Notes: generated by a model not told the origin, from the sequence alone. A DNA stretch of 64,000 bases from Octopus sinensis (GCF_006345805.1 NC_042998.1:159216001-159280000); one strand, 5' to 3'; positions 1 through 17,940 are shown, counted from the first letter of the stretch. Numbers and translations are program-made.

Positions 1-74
1 ATTTCGAACTTGGATTCTCATTCCTAAGGTATTTTTCGATGTTGTTGTTGTTGTTGTTATTAATATATTATTTA

Positions 75-136
75 GGTCACTGCCAGGAATCGAACTCGGA
101 ATCTTGGGGTTAATAGCCCGCGCTCTTAACCGCTTA
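75..136 (-). mobile_element. tRNA-like (Pol III A/B-box) segment immediately downstream of the Penelope-like ORF stop
   Basis: Minus strand reads TAAGCGGTTAAGAGCGCGGGCTATTAACCCCAAGATTCCGAGTTCGATTCCTGGCAGTGACC, with B-box GTTCGATTCC and a partial D-arm. There is no complete acceptor stem, so it is not called a tRNA gene. Confidence 0.65.
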
Positions 137-771
137 TAAATTTAATATTTTCCTATCCTTCCTTAATACCAATTCCCATACGCTATTCATATCTGCACTC
201 GGTCTGCTTAGGAGATTGTGTCCTAGCATATGTACTGCTTCTTTTAGTTTTCGTATTTTCCAGCGGTGTTCTCTGTCTATTATTTTAACTTCATCCCACA
301 GGGGGCGGTCTCCATTTTTCCATACATGATCAGCTATACCAGATTTATCAATATCTCCTCGTGTCACAGCTTTGCGATGTTCCTCTACCCTTATTTTGAG
401 AGGCGGAATGTTTCGCCTTTGTATAACCTACCACAGCTGCATAGGATGGAGTACATGCAGTTTTTGGTCATATTCTCTTCCATTGGTGGTTTTACCCGAA
501 GGAGATTTGCGAAATGTATTACTCTTGAATACTGTCCTGATGCCATTTGGGCCGCATATCTTTTGTATCTTTTCGGAGAGTTCTTTCATATAGGATAGAT
601 AGACTGTAGACAGTTTATTGGTTTCATCCTCTCTTTTCTTCATAATTGGAGTAGATAGTATGTTTTTGGGGTAGTTGTTGCTTAACAGATTGTTATTGAG
701 CTTGATCATTTCTTCGTGGTGGATGTCATGATCGCTACTTATATTCTTTGCCCGATGTTTTAGGCACTGAG
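134..771 (-). mobile_element. Penelope-like element fragment (RT thumb plus GIY-YIG endonuclease), frameshifted
   Basis: Minus-strand translation gives CLKHRAKNISSDHDIHHEEMIKL..NNYPKN, then NCMYSILCSCGRLYKGET (GIY-YIG motif), then after a frameshift KIRVEEHRKAVTRGDIDKSGIADHVW..EVKIIDRE..RKLKEA. Confidence 0.85.
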
Positions 772-811
772 CTCAGTGCCTAAAACATCGAACAAAGAAT
801 ATAAGTAGCGA
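732..811. repeat. 80-bp near-perfect palindrome with no loop
   Basis: Arms 732-771 and 772-811 are reverse complements except at 2 positions (cc at 751-752 vs aa at 791-792); the centre is GAG|CTC. Confidence 0.95.
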
Positions 812-1074
812 CTGCGAAGTTAAGCAGTTGTGGTCATTGGAAAGGTGGCAGTAGTACCAATAATTGACGGAGCCCTGGGAACAGTGAGCAAAAATCTCGA
901 GAAATATGAGGGACAAATAGGGGCTGCAATAAGGGTGGAGCAGAAAACAGCACTGCTTGGAACCGCTCGAATACTCCGGAAGATGCTCGAAAAATAAAAG
1001 GTGTTACCTTAGTTCACTGGTACTGAACAGCTGACACCGTAGTACATCTCTAGCGTTAGAAGCTGTGCAAAGGC

Positions 1075-1118
<44 letters not shown>
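812..1118 (+). mobile_element. 3' end of an R4/Dong-type (RLE) non-LTR retrotransposon with (AAT)n tail
   Basis: Translates roughly as QLWSLERxAVVPIIDGALGTVSKNLEKY..QKTALLGTARILRKMLEK* (stop 995-997), then a short UTR and (AAT)n at 1075-1118. Confidence 0.8.
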
Positions 1119-1564
1119 GATCATGGGATCGTGGTAAACGCAGTTGGCTTGCCTCTTAATTTAACAAGGCTCGTGTAGAAAATGCAAATGATTCGATAAT
1201 TGATCAATAAAGCTTATAATCAATACATCAAATACTCTTCCTTCCATATCGAGATTAGGGAAAAAATTCCGATTAGTTGACAAGAGTTATACAACTCCTC
1301 TTCACTTATTGTGCGACAAGGAAAACTCAAAGAATGGAAGTGGTAGTCGAACACTACGTGTTTTAAAAGCACATTGTGTGCATCATACGTAGCTTTATGT
1401 ATAGCTGTCCTGTCTGCTTTTCCTTAAGGTACACTCCACTGTGCCATTGAAAGAAGCCCACCTCAATGGAGAATGCCCATTTCTTAGCTTAAGTACATCT
1501 TTTAGCAGTATGCAGACTCTGTGTGTGTGTGTTTGTGTATTACCCATAATTTTTAGCAACAATA

Positions 1565-1973
1565 TACTCTTTTACTTGCTTCAGTCATTTGACTGCGGCC
1601 ATGCTGGAGCACCGCCTTTAGTCGAGCAAATCGACCCCGGGACTTATTCTTTTGTAAGCCCAGTACTTATTCTATCGGTTCTTTTGCCGAACCGCTAAGT
1701 GACGGGGACGTAAACACACCAGCATCGGTTGTCAAGCAATGCTAGGGGGACAAACACAGACACACAAACATATACACACACATACATATATATATATGAT
1801 GCATATATACGACAGGCTTCTTTCAGTTTCCGTCTACCAAATCCACTCACAAGGCATTGGTCGGCCCGAGGCTATAGCAGAAGACACTTGCCCAAGGTGC
1901 TACGCAGTGAGACTGAACCCGGAACCATGTGGTTGGTTAGCGAGCTACTTACCACACAGCCACTCCTGCGCCT
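1565..1973 (-). mobile_element. tRNA-derived SINE, family A (CORE-like CCTTGGGCAAGTG motif)
   Basis: Minus-strand head AGGCGCAGGAGTGGCTGTGTGGTAAG..GGTTCAGTCTCA, internal (CA/TA) microsatellite, tail ..ACTGAAGCAAGTAAAAGAGTA. Near-identical copy at 43335-43756; diverged copies at 29851-30246 and 52113-52470. Confidence 0.85.
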
Positions 1974-2204
1974 ATATATATATATATATATATATTCGGT
2001 ATTCCCCATTGAGGAAGGATAGAGAGCCAGAAATGTGCACCTGGGAATCCTTTAAAAGAAAGCACTGGGCTGATTATGATGTTTTGACACCTTTTAGCAT
2101 ACGAGAGAACTTTTTTCTCGCCGGTAAGTGAAGTGAATTTGTCTTTAGAAGTTAAAATGTCACTAACACATTTTTAGTAGCCTAATGGTTATGTTTGAGT
2201 AAAT

Positions 2205-2206
<2 letters not shown>

Positions 2207-2250
<44 letters not shown>
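2207..2250. repeat. (TG)n microsatellite
   Basis: Seen directly. Confidence 0.95.
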
Positions 2251-2253
<3 letters not shown>

Positions 2254-2309
2254 CATAAAACTTTCACACAGTTCTAAATTAGCAACTATATAGAGAGATA
2301 TAATGGTGG

Positions 2310-2670
2310 TTAAGAGCCATGGCGTTCTCGGAGAAATTCGAGGCGTTGGCAAGGATGAAGCAGATTGTCTATTTTAGAGGGCATTCGGTCCGGAGACTTA
2401 TATGGGCAATGATACCGGCTGGGCAATGATACTAAAGGCCACTACCGGTTCGGGACAAACACTACAGGTTCAGAAATGCTGCCGGATGAGACTATCCGAG
2501 ATGTGCGCAAAGCAATGAAACATTATTGAACGCTCTCGGACAGTATCCGATCATTGATGACTGTTGAAATTGTGTCGACTACCTGTTGTCACGTGTAAGA
2601 CGAACGCGGCTATCAGCCGAGTTCATCGTGAGCATCACCCAACTTGCCTTCCTCAACAAGACAGAACAAG
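2310..2670 (+). mobile_element. diverged Tx1/L1-like fragment
   Basis: TTGTCACGTGTAAGACGAACGCGGCTATCAGCCGAGTTCATCGTGAG (RVRRTRLSAEFIV) resembles 5964-6010 of the Tx1 copy (RVGRIRLSAESIM). Confidence 0.5.
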
Positions 2671-3012
2671 CCTTTCATCATAACCTCTATCAAGTAGTAA
2701 TGACACTGTATAACAACATTTTAAACCTTGGGAAACACCTGTTATTTTTTATTTGCTTACCCCTAGAAAGTATGAAAATGACTGATATTTTCTTCGAACT
2801 TTGCTATTGTTACATTTATTCAAACCCCAAAGAATCCCTCTCAACACATGTTATGATGCTTCCCCGCTACTCCGGTCGTGATCAGAGATGCACATGAGCA
2901 GAATATTTGTTATAACGATAATTCTATTTTAGAAACTGAACGCTGAACCTGTCTGAAATGTAATGAAAAATAGGTCAGTTTCAAATCATTGATGTCCAAG
3001 TCACAAACCAAC

Positions 3013-3040
3013 TATTATTATTATTATTATTATTATTATA

Positions 3041-3078
<38 letters not shown>

Positions 3079-3089
3079 CGTTATTATTA

Positions 3090-3155
<66 letters not shown>
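3013..3155. repeat. (ATT)n microsatellite
   Basis: Seen directly. Confidence 0.95.
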
Positions 3156-3158
<3 letters not shown>

Positions 3159-3160
3159 CT

Positions 3161-3356
3161 AAGGCGTTGAGCTGTCAGAATCGTTAGCATGACGGGTGAA
3201 ATGATTAGCATTCTGAGTTCAAATTCTGCTGAAGTCGACTTTGCCTTTCATCCTTTCGGGGTCGATAAATTAAGTTTAAGTTAAGTACTAGAGTCGATAA
3301 AATCCTCGAAGCCCCTCCCTCAAAGTTTCAGGCTTTGTGCCTATAGGAGAAAGGAT
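3161..3356 (+). mobile_element. tRNA-derived SINE, family B
   Basis: Head AGGCG..GAGCTG.CAGAATCGTTAGC, B-box GAGTTCAAATTC, central block GTCGACTTTGCCTTTCATCCTTTCGGGGTCGATAAA (from memory this resembles the MetaSINE central domain; needs alignment), tail AGAAAGGAT. Confidence 0.8.
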
Positions 3357-3489
3357 TCTTCTTCTTCTTCTTCTTCTTCTTCTTCTTCTTCTTCTTCTTC
3401 TTCTTCTTCTTCTTCTTCTTCTTCTTCTTCTTCTTCTTCTTCTTCTTCTTCTTCTTCTCTTCTTCTTCTTCTTCTTCTTCTTCTTCGTC

Positions 3490-3537
<48 letters not shown>

Positions 3538-3610
3538 GGTCAGTTTCAAATCATTGATCTCCAAGTCACAAACCAACTATTATTATTATTATTTTTATTA
3601 TTATTGTTAC

Positions 3611-3700
<90 letters not shown>

Positions 3701-3780
3701 CATTATTATTATTATGATTATTATTATTATGATTATTATTATTATTATCATTATTATTATTATTATTATTATCATTATTA
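3356..3780. repeat. (CTT)n and (ATT)n microsatellite block
   Basis: Seen directly; it generates the poly-L/I/N ORFs in the track. Confidence 0.95.
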
Positions 3781-4889
3781 TATTTGCTGCGGCGTACATC
3801 GAAAGTGTTTTCGAACGCTCCAAGTAAGTTCAGTTTAAAACATTTGTTTTTTCGGTTTGCATTTCCCTCTGTTACTGGCAATAATACCGGATAGGGAAAG
3901 AAGAAAAGGGGAGGAAGAAAAAGTACAAAGTCCATCTCGCAGCAACAGTGGCAACCTCGGCAACTGTAGTGGTAGCAGTGACAGCAGCAGAAGCAGCAGC
4001 AGTAGTGACGGCAGCAGCAGTTGTAGTAGTGGTAGCAACAACAACTAGAGAAACAGCAACAGCAGCAGCGGTGACAATGACAGTAGTAACAGAGGTAACG
4101 TTTTCGTTAATAATGCTATGGATTTTAGGGGAAAAAATAATGCTATTTTATAATAATGCTATGGATTCTAGCGGAAAAAACAATACTACTAAAAAGATTT
4201 TAGCCAAGATGTTAGCGAAGAGGTTGGCACTTGTCGATAAGTTGGTTGCTGACACGCATATATGCGCTATCCCAAACAGAATTATCCACGACAACCTCCA
4301 TTTCACGCGCTTCATCATCGTGGGGTTGAGTAGGGAACCTGGCATGTGTAGGGCCCTGATCAATTTGGATCAGTCGAAAGCTTTTGATAGAGTTGACCAC
4401 AAATATTTGGAGGCTGTTCTGGCGGCAGCGGGTTTCAGTCCCGTTTTTAGAGACTGGATCGCTGCAATGTACAACGACATCTGTTTGGTGGTCAAAGTAA
4501 ATGGCCACCAACCGGAATCGTTTAGCATCCCACGTTCAGTCCGTCAAGGATGCCCACGCTCACCTCTTCTATACGTACTGGCTCCCGAGTCACTGCCGCG
4601 GAAGCTGGATGTTTCGAGGGGCATCCCGTATGATCTATGATACGAAAGGTACGTGTCGGTTTATACGGACGACGTCACCGTAATAGTGTCGGACATCTCG
4701 GAAATCGAGGTGGTCGGCACTGCTCTAATGGAGTACGAAGCAGTGACAGGAGCAATGATCAACCAGAAGTCGATGGGCCTGCAGCTCGGCACCCGGAGAG
4801 GTAGGTCCATGCCAACCCATAACCTTGGAGGGCGCTGAACGGTAGGACTGGTTAAATTGCTCGGGGTCTGGTTTGGTCCAGCTCTCCAG

Positions 4890-5099
4890 CGAGCTGGCAG
4901 AAACGTTAGCACGCCGGGCGAAATGCTTAGCAGTATTACGTCTCCCTTTACGTTCTGAGTTCAAATTCCGCCGCGGTCGACTTTCCCTTTCATCCTTTCG
5001 GGGTCGATAAATAAAGTACCAGTTGCGTACTTGGGTCGATCTAATCGACTGGCTTCCTTCTCAAAAATTTCGGGCCTCGTTCTTAGAGCAGAAAAAACT
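4890..5099 (+). mobile_element. family B SINE nested inside the Tx1 RT region
   Basis: Full family B sequence flanked by TCCAG at 4885-4889 and 5100-5104 (5-bp TSD). Removing it restores the reading GVWFGPALQ|VDKNWEEV. Confidence 0.85.
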
Positions 5100-5130
5100 T
5101 CCAGGTGGACAAGAATTGGAGGAAGTGGCG

Positions 5131-5980
5131 AGCAGGGTAGCCAATCTCACCCAGAAATGGGCAGAGAAGAACCTCTCCCTGACGGGTCGGGTGAAGGTGG
5201 CGAATGCATACATCGCTGCTGTCATCTACTACCACCTGGCCGTCGTCCCTTGTCGCACTTCGTGTCTGATAAAGTTGGAGCGCTTGCTCTTCCACTTTCT
5301 ATGGAAGGGACGTATTCTGCTGGCCAGACGGTCCATCTGTTGTCAACAGCCGTTGAGTGGAGGACTGGGCATGCCGTGGCTAATGATGCACAGACATGTA
5401 CTGAAGCTGCGACATCTCCAGCGTTTCCTTAACGGTGAGCAGGTGTGGTCAAACAAGGCCTATGGATAACTTCCAGAAATCTCTGGCCCGGCAGTGTTAC
5501 CGGGGAACTCTGACCCGTGGAGCTTTGTCGAACAGATGTTGTCACGTGTAGGGCGAGCAGGGTAGCCAATCTCACCCAGAAATGGGCAGAGAAGAACCTC
5601 TCCCTGACGGGTCGGGTGAAGGTGGCGAATGCGTACATCGCTGCTATCATCTACTACCACCTGGCCGTCGTCCCTTGTCGCACTTCGTGTCTGATAAAGT
5701 TGGAGCGCTTGCTCTTCCACTTTCTATGGAAGGGACGTATTCTGCTGGCCAGACGGTCCATCTGTTGTCAACAGCCGTTGAGTGGAGGACTGGGCATGCC
5801 GTGGCTAATGATGCACAGACATGTACTGAAGCTGCGACATCTCCAGCGTTTCCTTAACGGTGAGCAGGTGTGGTCAAACAAGGCCTATGGATAACTTCCA
5901 GAAATCTCTGGCCCGGCAGTGTTACCGGGGAACTCTGACCCGTGGAGCTTTGTCGAACAGATGTTGTCACGTGTAGGGCG
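5131..5980 (+). repeat. 425-bp tandem duplication inside the Tx1 element
   Basis: Copies at 5131-5555 and 5556-5980; only 2 substitutions noticed; GGCG microhomology at the junction. Confidence 0.95.
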
Positions 5981-6568
5981 GATCCGGTTATCAGCTGAGT
6001 CCATTATGAGGATCGCCCCGCCACTTCTTTTGGCCTGGAGAGAAATTCAGGTTTCCTCTGCCTGGTAACTATAGTGAAAGCGGTAGTGTGGTGGACGAGG
6101 CTGAAAGGACTGAAGACAGGCACTTTCCTCTGCGGTCGAGCCCTCATCGACTTTTTCAAGTTTCACTTGAAAAGGAAAGTGAAAGTAGAGAGGGAAGTAT
6201 TGCCCCACCCCACCCCACCCCACCCCCATCAGTAATTTTGCTGAAAGGTGGGTGAATGTTGCGAAAATGGCTCGTAGGAATATGCCTACTCTGAAAATTC
6301 GTCTGTAAGCCGGAGCAGTTGAGGGAAAGCGGGGTGCCTACCTGGTGTGCTATTGGCAGTCGGGGTGACCAAGATGTGTGGGGTGCCCTGGTTGGCTCTG
6401 GATAGAACTCCTCCTACTGGGGAATTTTGTTGTTTAATTTGTTTTAAGTGTTTGTTTTTTATCGTTTACACGTTTTCTGTTTTAAACCCCACTTGTCCCT
6501 TGTTTTGTATTGTCCCTATATACTTTTGTATTCTGCCCTTGTCGCCAATAAAGAAAGGATCATTATTA

Positions 6569-6629
<61 letters not shown>

Positions 6630-7018
6630 GAAATATCATCGGCTACAATGAAGGCATCTCTACCCATTTAAGGATATAAAATCTATATGGACGATTAATT
6701 AGATGACAAGGTAGGATGAGTTGAAACATTTTTATTTTGGCTGAATAGAAGCAACCGTCGCTTCAGTGTAAACGTGATATAAACCAGTTCACCTGCTTTC
6801 CTCAACGGAGATGTTAGTATGTTTTTTATCACTTCCTCCTTTAGAATTGATTATTCATCTAAACCATATTGCAACAGCGTAAGTGGCACTGATAGTGTAT
6901 ATTGTTCCACACTGTTATGAAGATGAAAATATCTACTACTTAAAACATCTGGGGGTTTTTAACACATCGAAGGAATATCACTTTATTATTTATTAATAGT
7001 TATTGAGTTATTTATTCC

Positions 7019-7400
7019 ACCGAGGTCGACTTACCCTTTTATTCTTTCAGGGTCGATAAAATAAGTACCAGTTGGGCATTGTGATCAATACTGTCGATTT
7101 AACCCCCTCCCCCGAAAATTCTGGCCTTGTGCCAAAATTTGAAACCAATATTTATTGATTTATTCATTCTACCGAGGTAGACTTTGCCTTTCATCCTTTC
7201 GGATCGATAAAATAAGTATCATGCAGTAAAGCTTGTTTGCCAACATAACATGGCAGTCCTGGTTTAGGACGATGTCTCCTGGGGCTAAATTACAGCAACC
7301 TTCTGTACCAGTCGAGTATTGGAATCGATGTAATCGACTAGTCCCCTCCCTCAACATTTCAGGAATTTTCAGAAAACGTGTAAACAATAAAATAGTAGAA
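7019..7400 (+). mobile_element. two headless family B SINE fragments
   Basis: The central block CCGAGGTxGACTT..TCATCCTTTCGG..TCGATAAAATAAGTA occurs at ~7020 and ~7170. Confidence 0.7.
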
Positions 7401-9566
7401 AGAAATATTTATTGATATATTTGAAACTACTACAAAAATAAAATTCAGCATTATTTTTCAATATTGAATTTTGTTAGTTGCTACCGAGGAATAAATAAGA
7501 AAAAGAAGGAATTTGCATATGCAACGCCATATATTCAATACAGTTAGTGGTCCAGTGAAACGAGGTCGCAGCCCAGAGTTAATCTGCAGTCGGTAGTTTG
7601 CTGACAGATGTTAAGATAACTGAAAAAAGTAATTCCGGGCCAAAGTTCATTTAGCTATTCACGTTATATACAAATTTGAGTTAACAGACTCGTTAGTATG
7701 TCGGATAAAATGCTTTGAAGCATTTAGCGAAGGACCTTTAATTTCTGAGATCAAATCCCTTTCATCCTTCGGGACTCAAAACAAAAGTACCAGTTAAGTA
7801 CTGGAGGCAATTTCATTTATTTTGCTTCTCTAAAAATGCTTCAGCCCTATCAGACAGGCTGATAGAAAGCGGCTACTGATAATCATATAGTCCAGTACTA
7901 CATGTTCGTGTTTGAGCGTTCGACAACTTTTCCAGCAGGATTAAAAAATAAAACTTGTTAAAAGTAAATAAGCTCCTTGAAAGCCAATGGCATCTATATT
8001 TTGGGAATCCAATGAGCACCACTTGGATCACCAAATTGGATTAAAAACTTGAATGGAAGAGGGAATGTGCCACACTAGTCAGAACTAGAAATTCGAAATC
8101 TGAAAATAATGATAAAAGTTTTCAGGTACCCCAACGACAGAAATGCAATAGGAACGCCTTGACCTGGCTGGATACATTAAACCCTGTAGCTAACGATTAC
8201 ATGTAGACTTGATTACATACATAAAAACAAACATTTGGTCTTTAACTACGTTAAATGCTTGCGTTTAACTCTAGGTCTTCCCTCACGTAAGCAGACCTGT
8301 GATCAAAGGCGTCAGGTTTTGATTAGTCCCTTCTTTTTCTTGGACATTACTTATCTGTAACTATATGATCCAATAGTATGTCTTCTTTTTCACGATAGTA
8401 GTTGATAACCCTAGAAAGAAGCTTAATTACTAATTCTCGCCGGCAGTGTTATTAGAGCATAAGGATTGAATACCTCGTGGTATTTGTTTCGACTCTGCGT
8501 TTTGCGTTTAAATCCCGCTAAGGTTCACTTCACCTTTTATCCCCTCGGAGTCGACGAAATAGTATTAATTTAAGTCAGGTAGTTAGGAGAACAGTAACAA
8601 CATATTTGGATACCTTGCGGTATTTGTTTTGGTTCTTTATATTCTGAATTCAAATCATGGCTTGCTTGACACCATAACTTGGCACTTTGGGTACCATGTA
8701 TAGAGTCTACTTTATTGCAAGCATTCTGGTGAGATATCTGGTTTGAAAATAAACTCCTCCTACCAGTATCAGGAACACTGCCTTCTCTCCTGGCATAATG
8801 TTTAAAAACAGACAAGGCTTAGTGACTCCCTCGTTGGCTCACTATGATATATGATATAACTTCATAAAGCTGTGTGAAAGTGTTCATTTATGTGAAACAA
8901 TAATCTTCTCACATATTATAAAATAAAATATGTTCTCTGTCGATCACGCTCATGCTAGAGGGAAAGAAGAGTAAAACAACCGTAGTGGGAGTGGGTGATA
9001 GTGACAGATATTAATAGAGTATGCAACAGCACTTAAAGGTTTTGCTCCGAAGACGTTGATATTTTAATCAAAATAAAACTGCAATTTTTTATCGTTGATT
9101 ATATTCATATTACAATTAATTATATTACCAGCTTCTCTATATATATACGTGTGTGTGTGTATTTATCTATTTATCTATCTCTTTTTCCCCCACACACACA
9201 CGCATACACACATTCACAAACACACGCACACACACACACACACACCACACACACACACACATGGAATTAAATAATTAACACTTGTTTTCAAAAAATGTAC
9301 ATACTTACATATATATGTATGTATATATATATATAATATATATATATATAATATATATATATATATTATATATATATATATATATATATGCATATCTAGG
9401 TACAGGACGTCACAAAATGTAAACAACATGAAATACGAAAACAACATGAATTACGAAATACGCAAACATGAAATACGAAGGCAAACTTGGGTATATGATT
9501 GAACGCCACGCATCCATTTCCAAGTAGGTTTATCTTAATAATTTTGATGCGACTCTACCCTGTACT

Positions 9567-9700
9567 GCTCTCTCTCTCTCTCTCTCTCTCTCTCATCCTT
9601 TCTCTAATTCTTGTTATCTCCCCTTCACCACTTTCTAGCTGACTCTCTCTCTCTCTCTCTCTTCTGCTTCACCCTTTACTCTCTCTCTCTCTCTCTCTCG
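9567..9700. repeat. (CT)n microsatellite cluster
   Basis: Seen directly. Confidence 0.9.
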
Positions 9701-10244
9701 TTGCTCGCACGTGACCAACGTCCACCTTTCTTTTCCCTCAGTCTATCGCACAGACCAGAAGCATTCTTATCTGTCTACTGTCCTATCTTGTCTCTTGTCT
9801 AAGAATATTTCTCCAGCGCCGCTACCTCACCTCGTCTGACCTAACGGCCCTCCATGTGGAAGAATACAGGTTTTTCCTTCTTTCTCAAAGGCTGTGATTA
9901 CTTACAAGACAGTACTTCTTGATACATGGAACCTTTCGGCTGTTTTCGTTATGCTAGTGCCTGCCATAAGAGCACCAACAATTTGACCAAACAATTTAAT
10001 CAATAATAGAAGATAAATCTAGCCTGAATAGGAAACTGGAATGGAACACTAGCACACACCAAAACATATGACAGAAGAAGATCCCCATAAACTGGTTACA
10101 ATATAAACAAAACTGAAAACATAATAAAATAAAATACACAGATAAATAAACAAATGGAAGTAAATAACTATATACATTTTTTTATTATTACTATTATTAT
10201 TATTATACATACATACATATATACATATATACATATATACATAC

Positions 10245-10382
10245 ATAGGAGCACTAGGAATGATCAAGAAGGGAACCGAAAATTATATGAGAATGATCCC
10301 TGGCTTACCATCCCTGCAAGAAGTGCAAAAGATTGTCTTAACTGGTACATCACACGTATTGAGAAGAGCATTGTCGATGTGA
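10245..10382 (+). mobile_element. short 3' coding end of an R4/Dong-type element
   Basis: Translates IGALGMIKKGTENYMRMIPGLPSLQEVQKIVLTGTSHVLRRALSM*, which parallels the C-terminus of the copies ending at 15180 and 16657. Confidence 0.75.
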
Positions 10383-10554
10383 GAACTATTACTACCCCTG
10401 TATTTTAATTTAACTTAAATAATAAAAAAAAGGACGAACTAGTGAGTTTAGTTTAATGGCCTTCCAATGTATACTATGAGTTTCTTTGCCCTAGGTATCG
10501 GGAAGACACTCGGCAAGAAATGGAAGCAAATTTGAAAGAAGAGGGAAAAAAAAG

Positions 10555-10642
<88 letters not shown>

Positions 10643-11039
10643 TAGCCCGCACTGAATAACATCATGGATATACTAAACGGCTTTCCATTCAAAAACAAAT
10701 CTAATCCAATAACATCGATGGAATTAGATAAAGGAACTTGAAGAAAACTTGAAGGAAGCGACCTTTTAACGAAGACACTAAGAAAAAAACGAAATTTTAC
10801 TGCCATACAAAGTACAGTTTCTCCTACGCACGGTGTCTCAATGAAACATGTGCGAAACACACGCGCGATATCAACACCGGAGAGTTTACATAGAATAAAA
10901 TAGAAACGGACCAAAACAAAAAAAAACAGTGAGTACATAAAATGAGTAATTACGCATACACTCGAATATCTACACAATCATATATGCATTTTGATACTCA
11001 TAGGACTACACATACATCCCAAAGTTGAACACACTAAGT

Positions 11040-16950
<5,911 letters not shown>

Positions 16951-17370
16951 AGTGAGTGTAAACACATGAACAAAATAAAAATAAACAAAAACAAAGACAA
17001 ATTACGAGAACGTATATAAATAGGAGATACAAATATTACACGCACTTCCCCCCCACACACACACACACTAACCAAACATAGACACACATAGAGATATACG
17101 CATGCGCAAATGAAGACACATACAATAGAAATGCAAAATACAAGATGGCTGACTGTTAGTAAGGAGAGACACACAAATAAGAAAGAAGAAAGCAAAGGAC
17201 CACTGATGCGGTCACAGGAGTGTGACGAAAGAACTCTGGCCGAAATAAGGTTAAGATTAATGTAAAAAATAAATAACGCTGGAGCAAAGTAACACCAAAT
17301 ATATAGTGCGTGTGTTTTTATTGGGCAAACTGGCAAAATGATCATTCCTAAATACAACAATATTAAGCAA
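16951..17370 (+). mobile_element. ~420-bp non-coding interspersed repeat with a hammerhead-like motif (probably Penelope-derived)
   Basis: Other copies at 49643-50045 (minus) and 50238-50498 (plus). Contains CCA-CTGATGCG-GTCACA(GGAG)TGTGAC-GAAA-GAACTC-TGG. Confidence 0.65.
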
Positions 17371-17454
17371 GATTAATGATAAATCAAAAAACAAAAATAA
17401 AGAAGCTTTTGACGGTTTTAGAGATATTTCAAAACCATTATTTTGCCCAACCCT

Positions 17455-17502
17455 TATATATATATATGTATATATATATGTATATATATATATATATTAT
17501 AT

Positions 17503-17578
<76 letters not shown>

Positions 17579-17666
17579 TACACATATATATATATGTCCA
17601 ATAATACTATATTTGTTCCACGTCCTCGCGTTGTGTTTTTTTGTGTTTTCTTGTTTGGATTAACTT

Positions 17667-17717
<51 letters not shown>

Positions 17718-17753
17718 CATATATATACACTCATATATATATATACATATACA

Positions 17754-17800
<47 letters not shown>

Positions 17801-17940
17801 ATGTATATATATATATAATATACATATATATACACTCATATATATATATATACATATATACATATACACTGATTTGTGTATATATATATACGTGTGTGTG
17901 TGTACATATATATGTATGTATATGTACATATCTGTGTTTT
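17455..17940. repeat. (TA)n-rich compound microsatellite
   Basis: Seen directly. Confidence 0.95.

Larger units (their letters stand above)
4190..6560 (+). mobile_element. 5'-truncated Tx1/L1-clade non-LTR retrotransposon (RT pseudogene)
   Basis: RT motifs LDQSKAFDRVDH, SVRQGCPRSPLLY and YTDD (4662-4673), then LLGVWFG..KNWEEVASRV..YYHLAVVP..LFHFLWKG..GGLGMP. In-frame stops are present. The 3' UTR has AATAAA at 6547, followed by (ATT)n. Confidence 0.9.
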
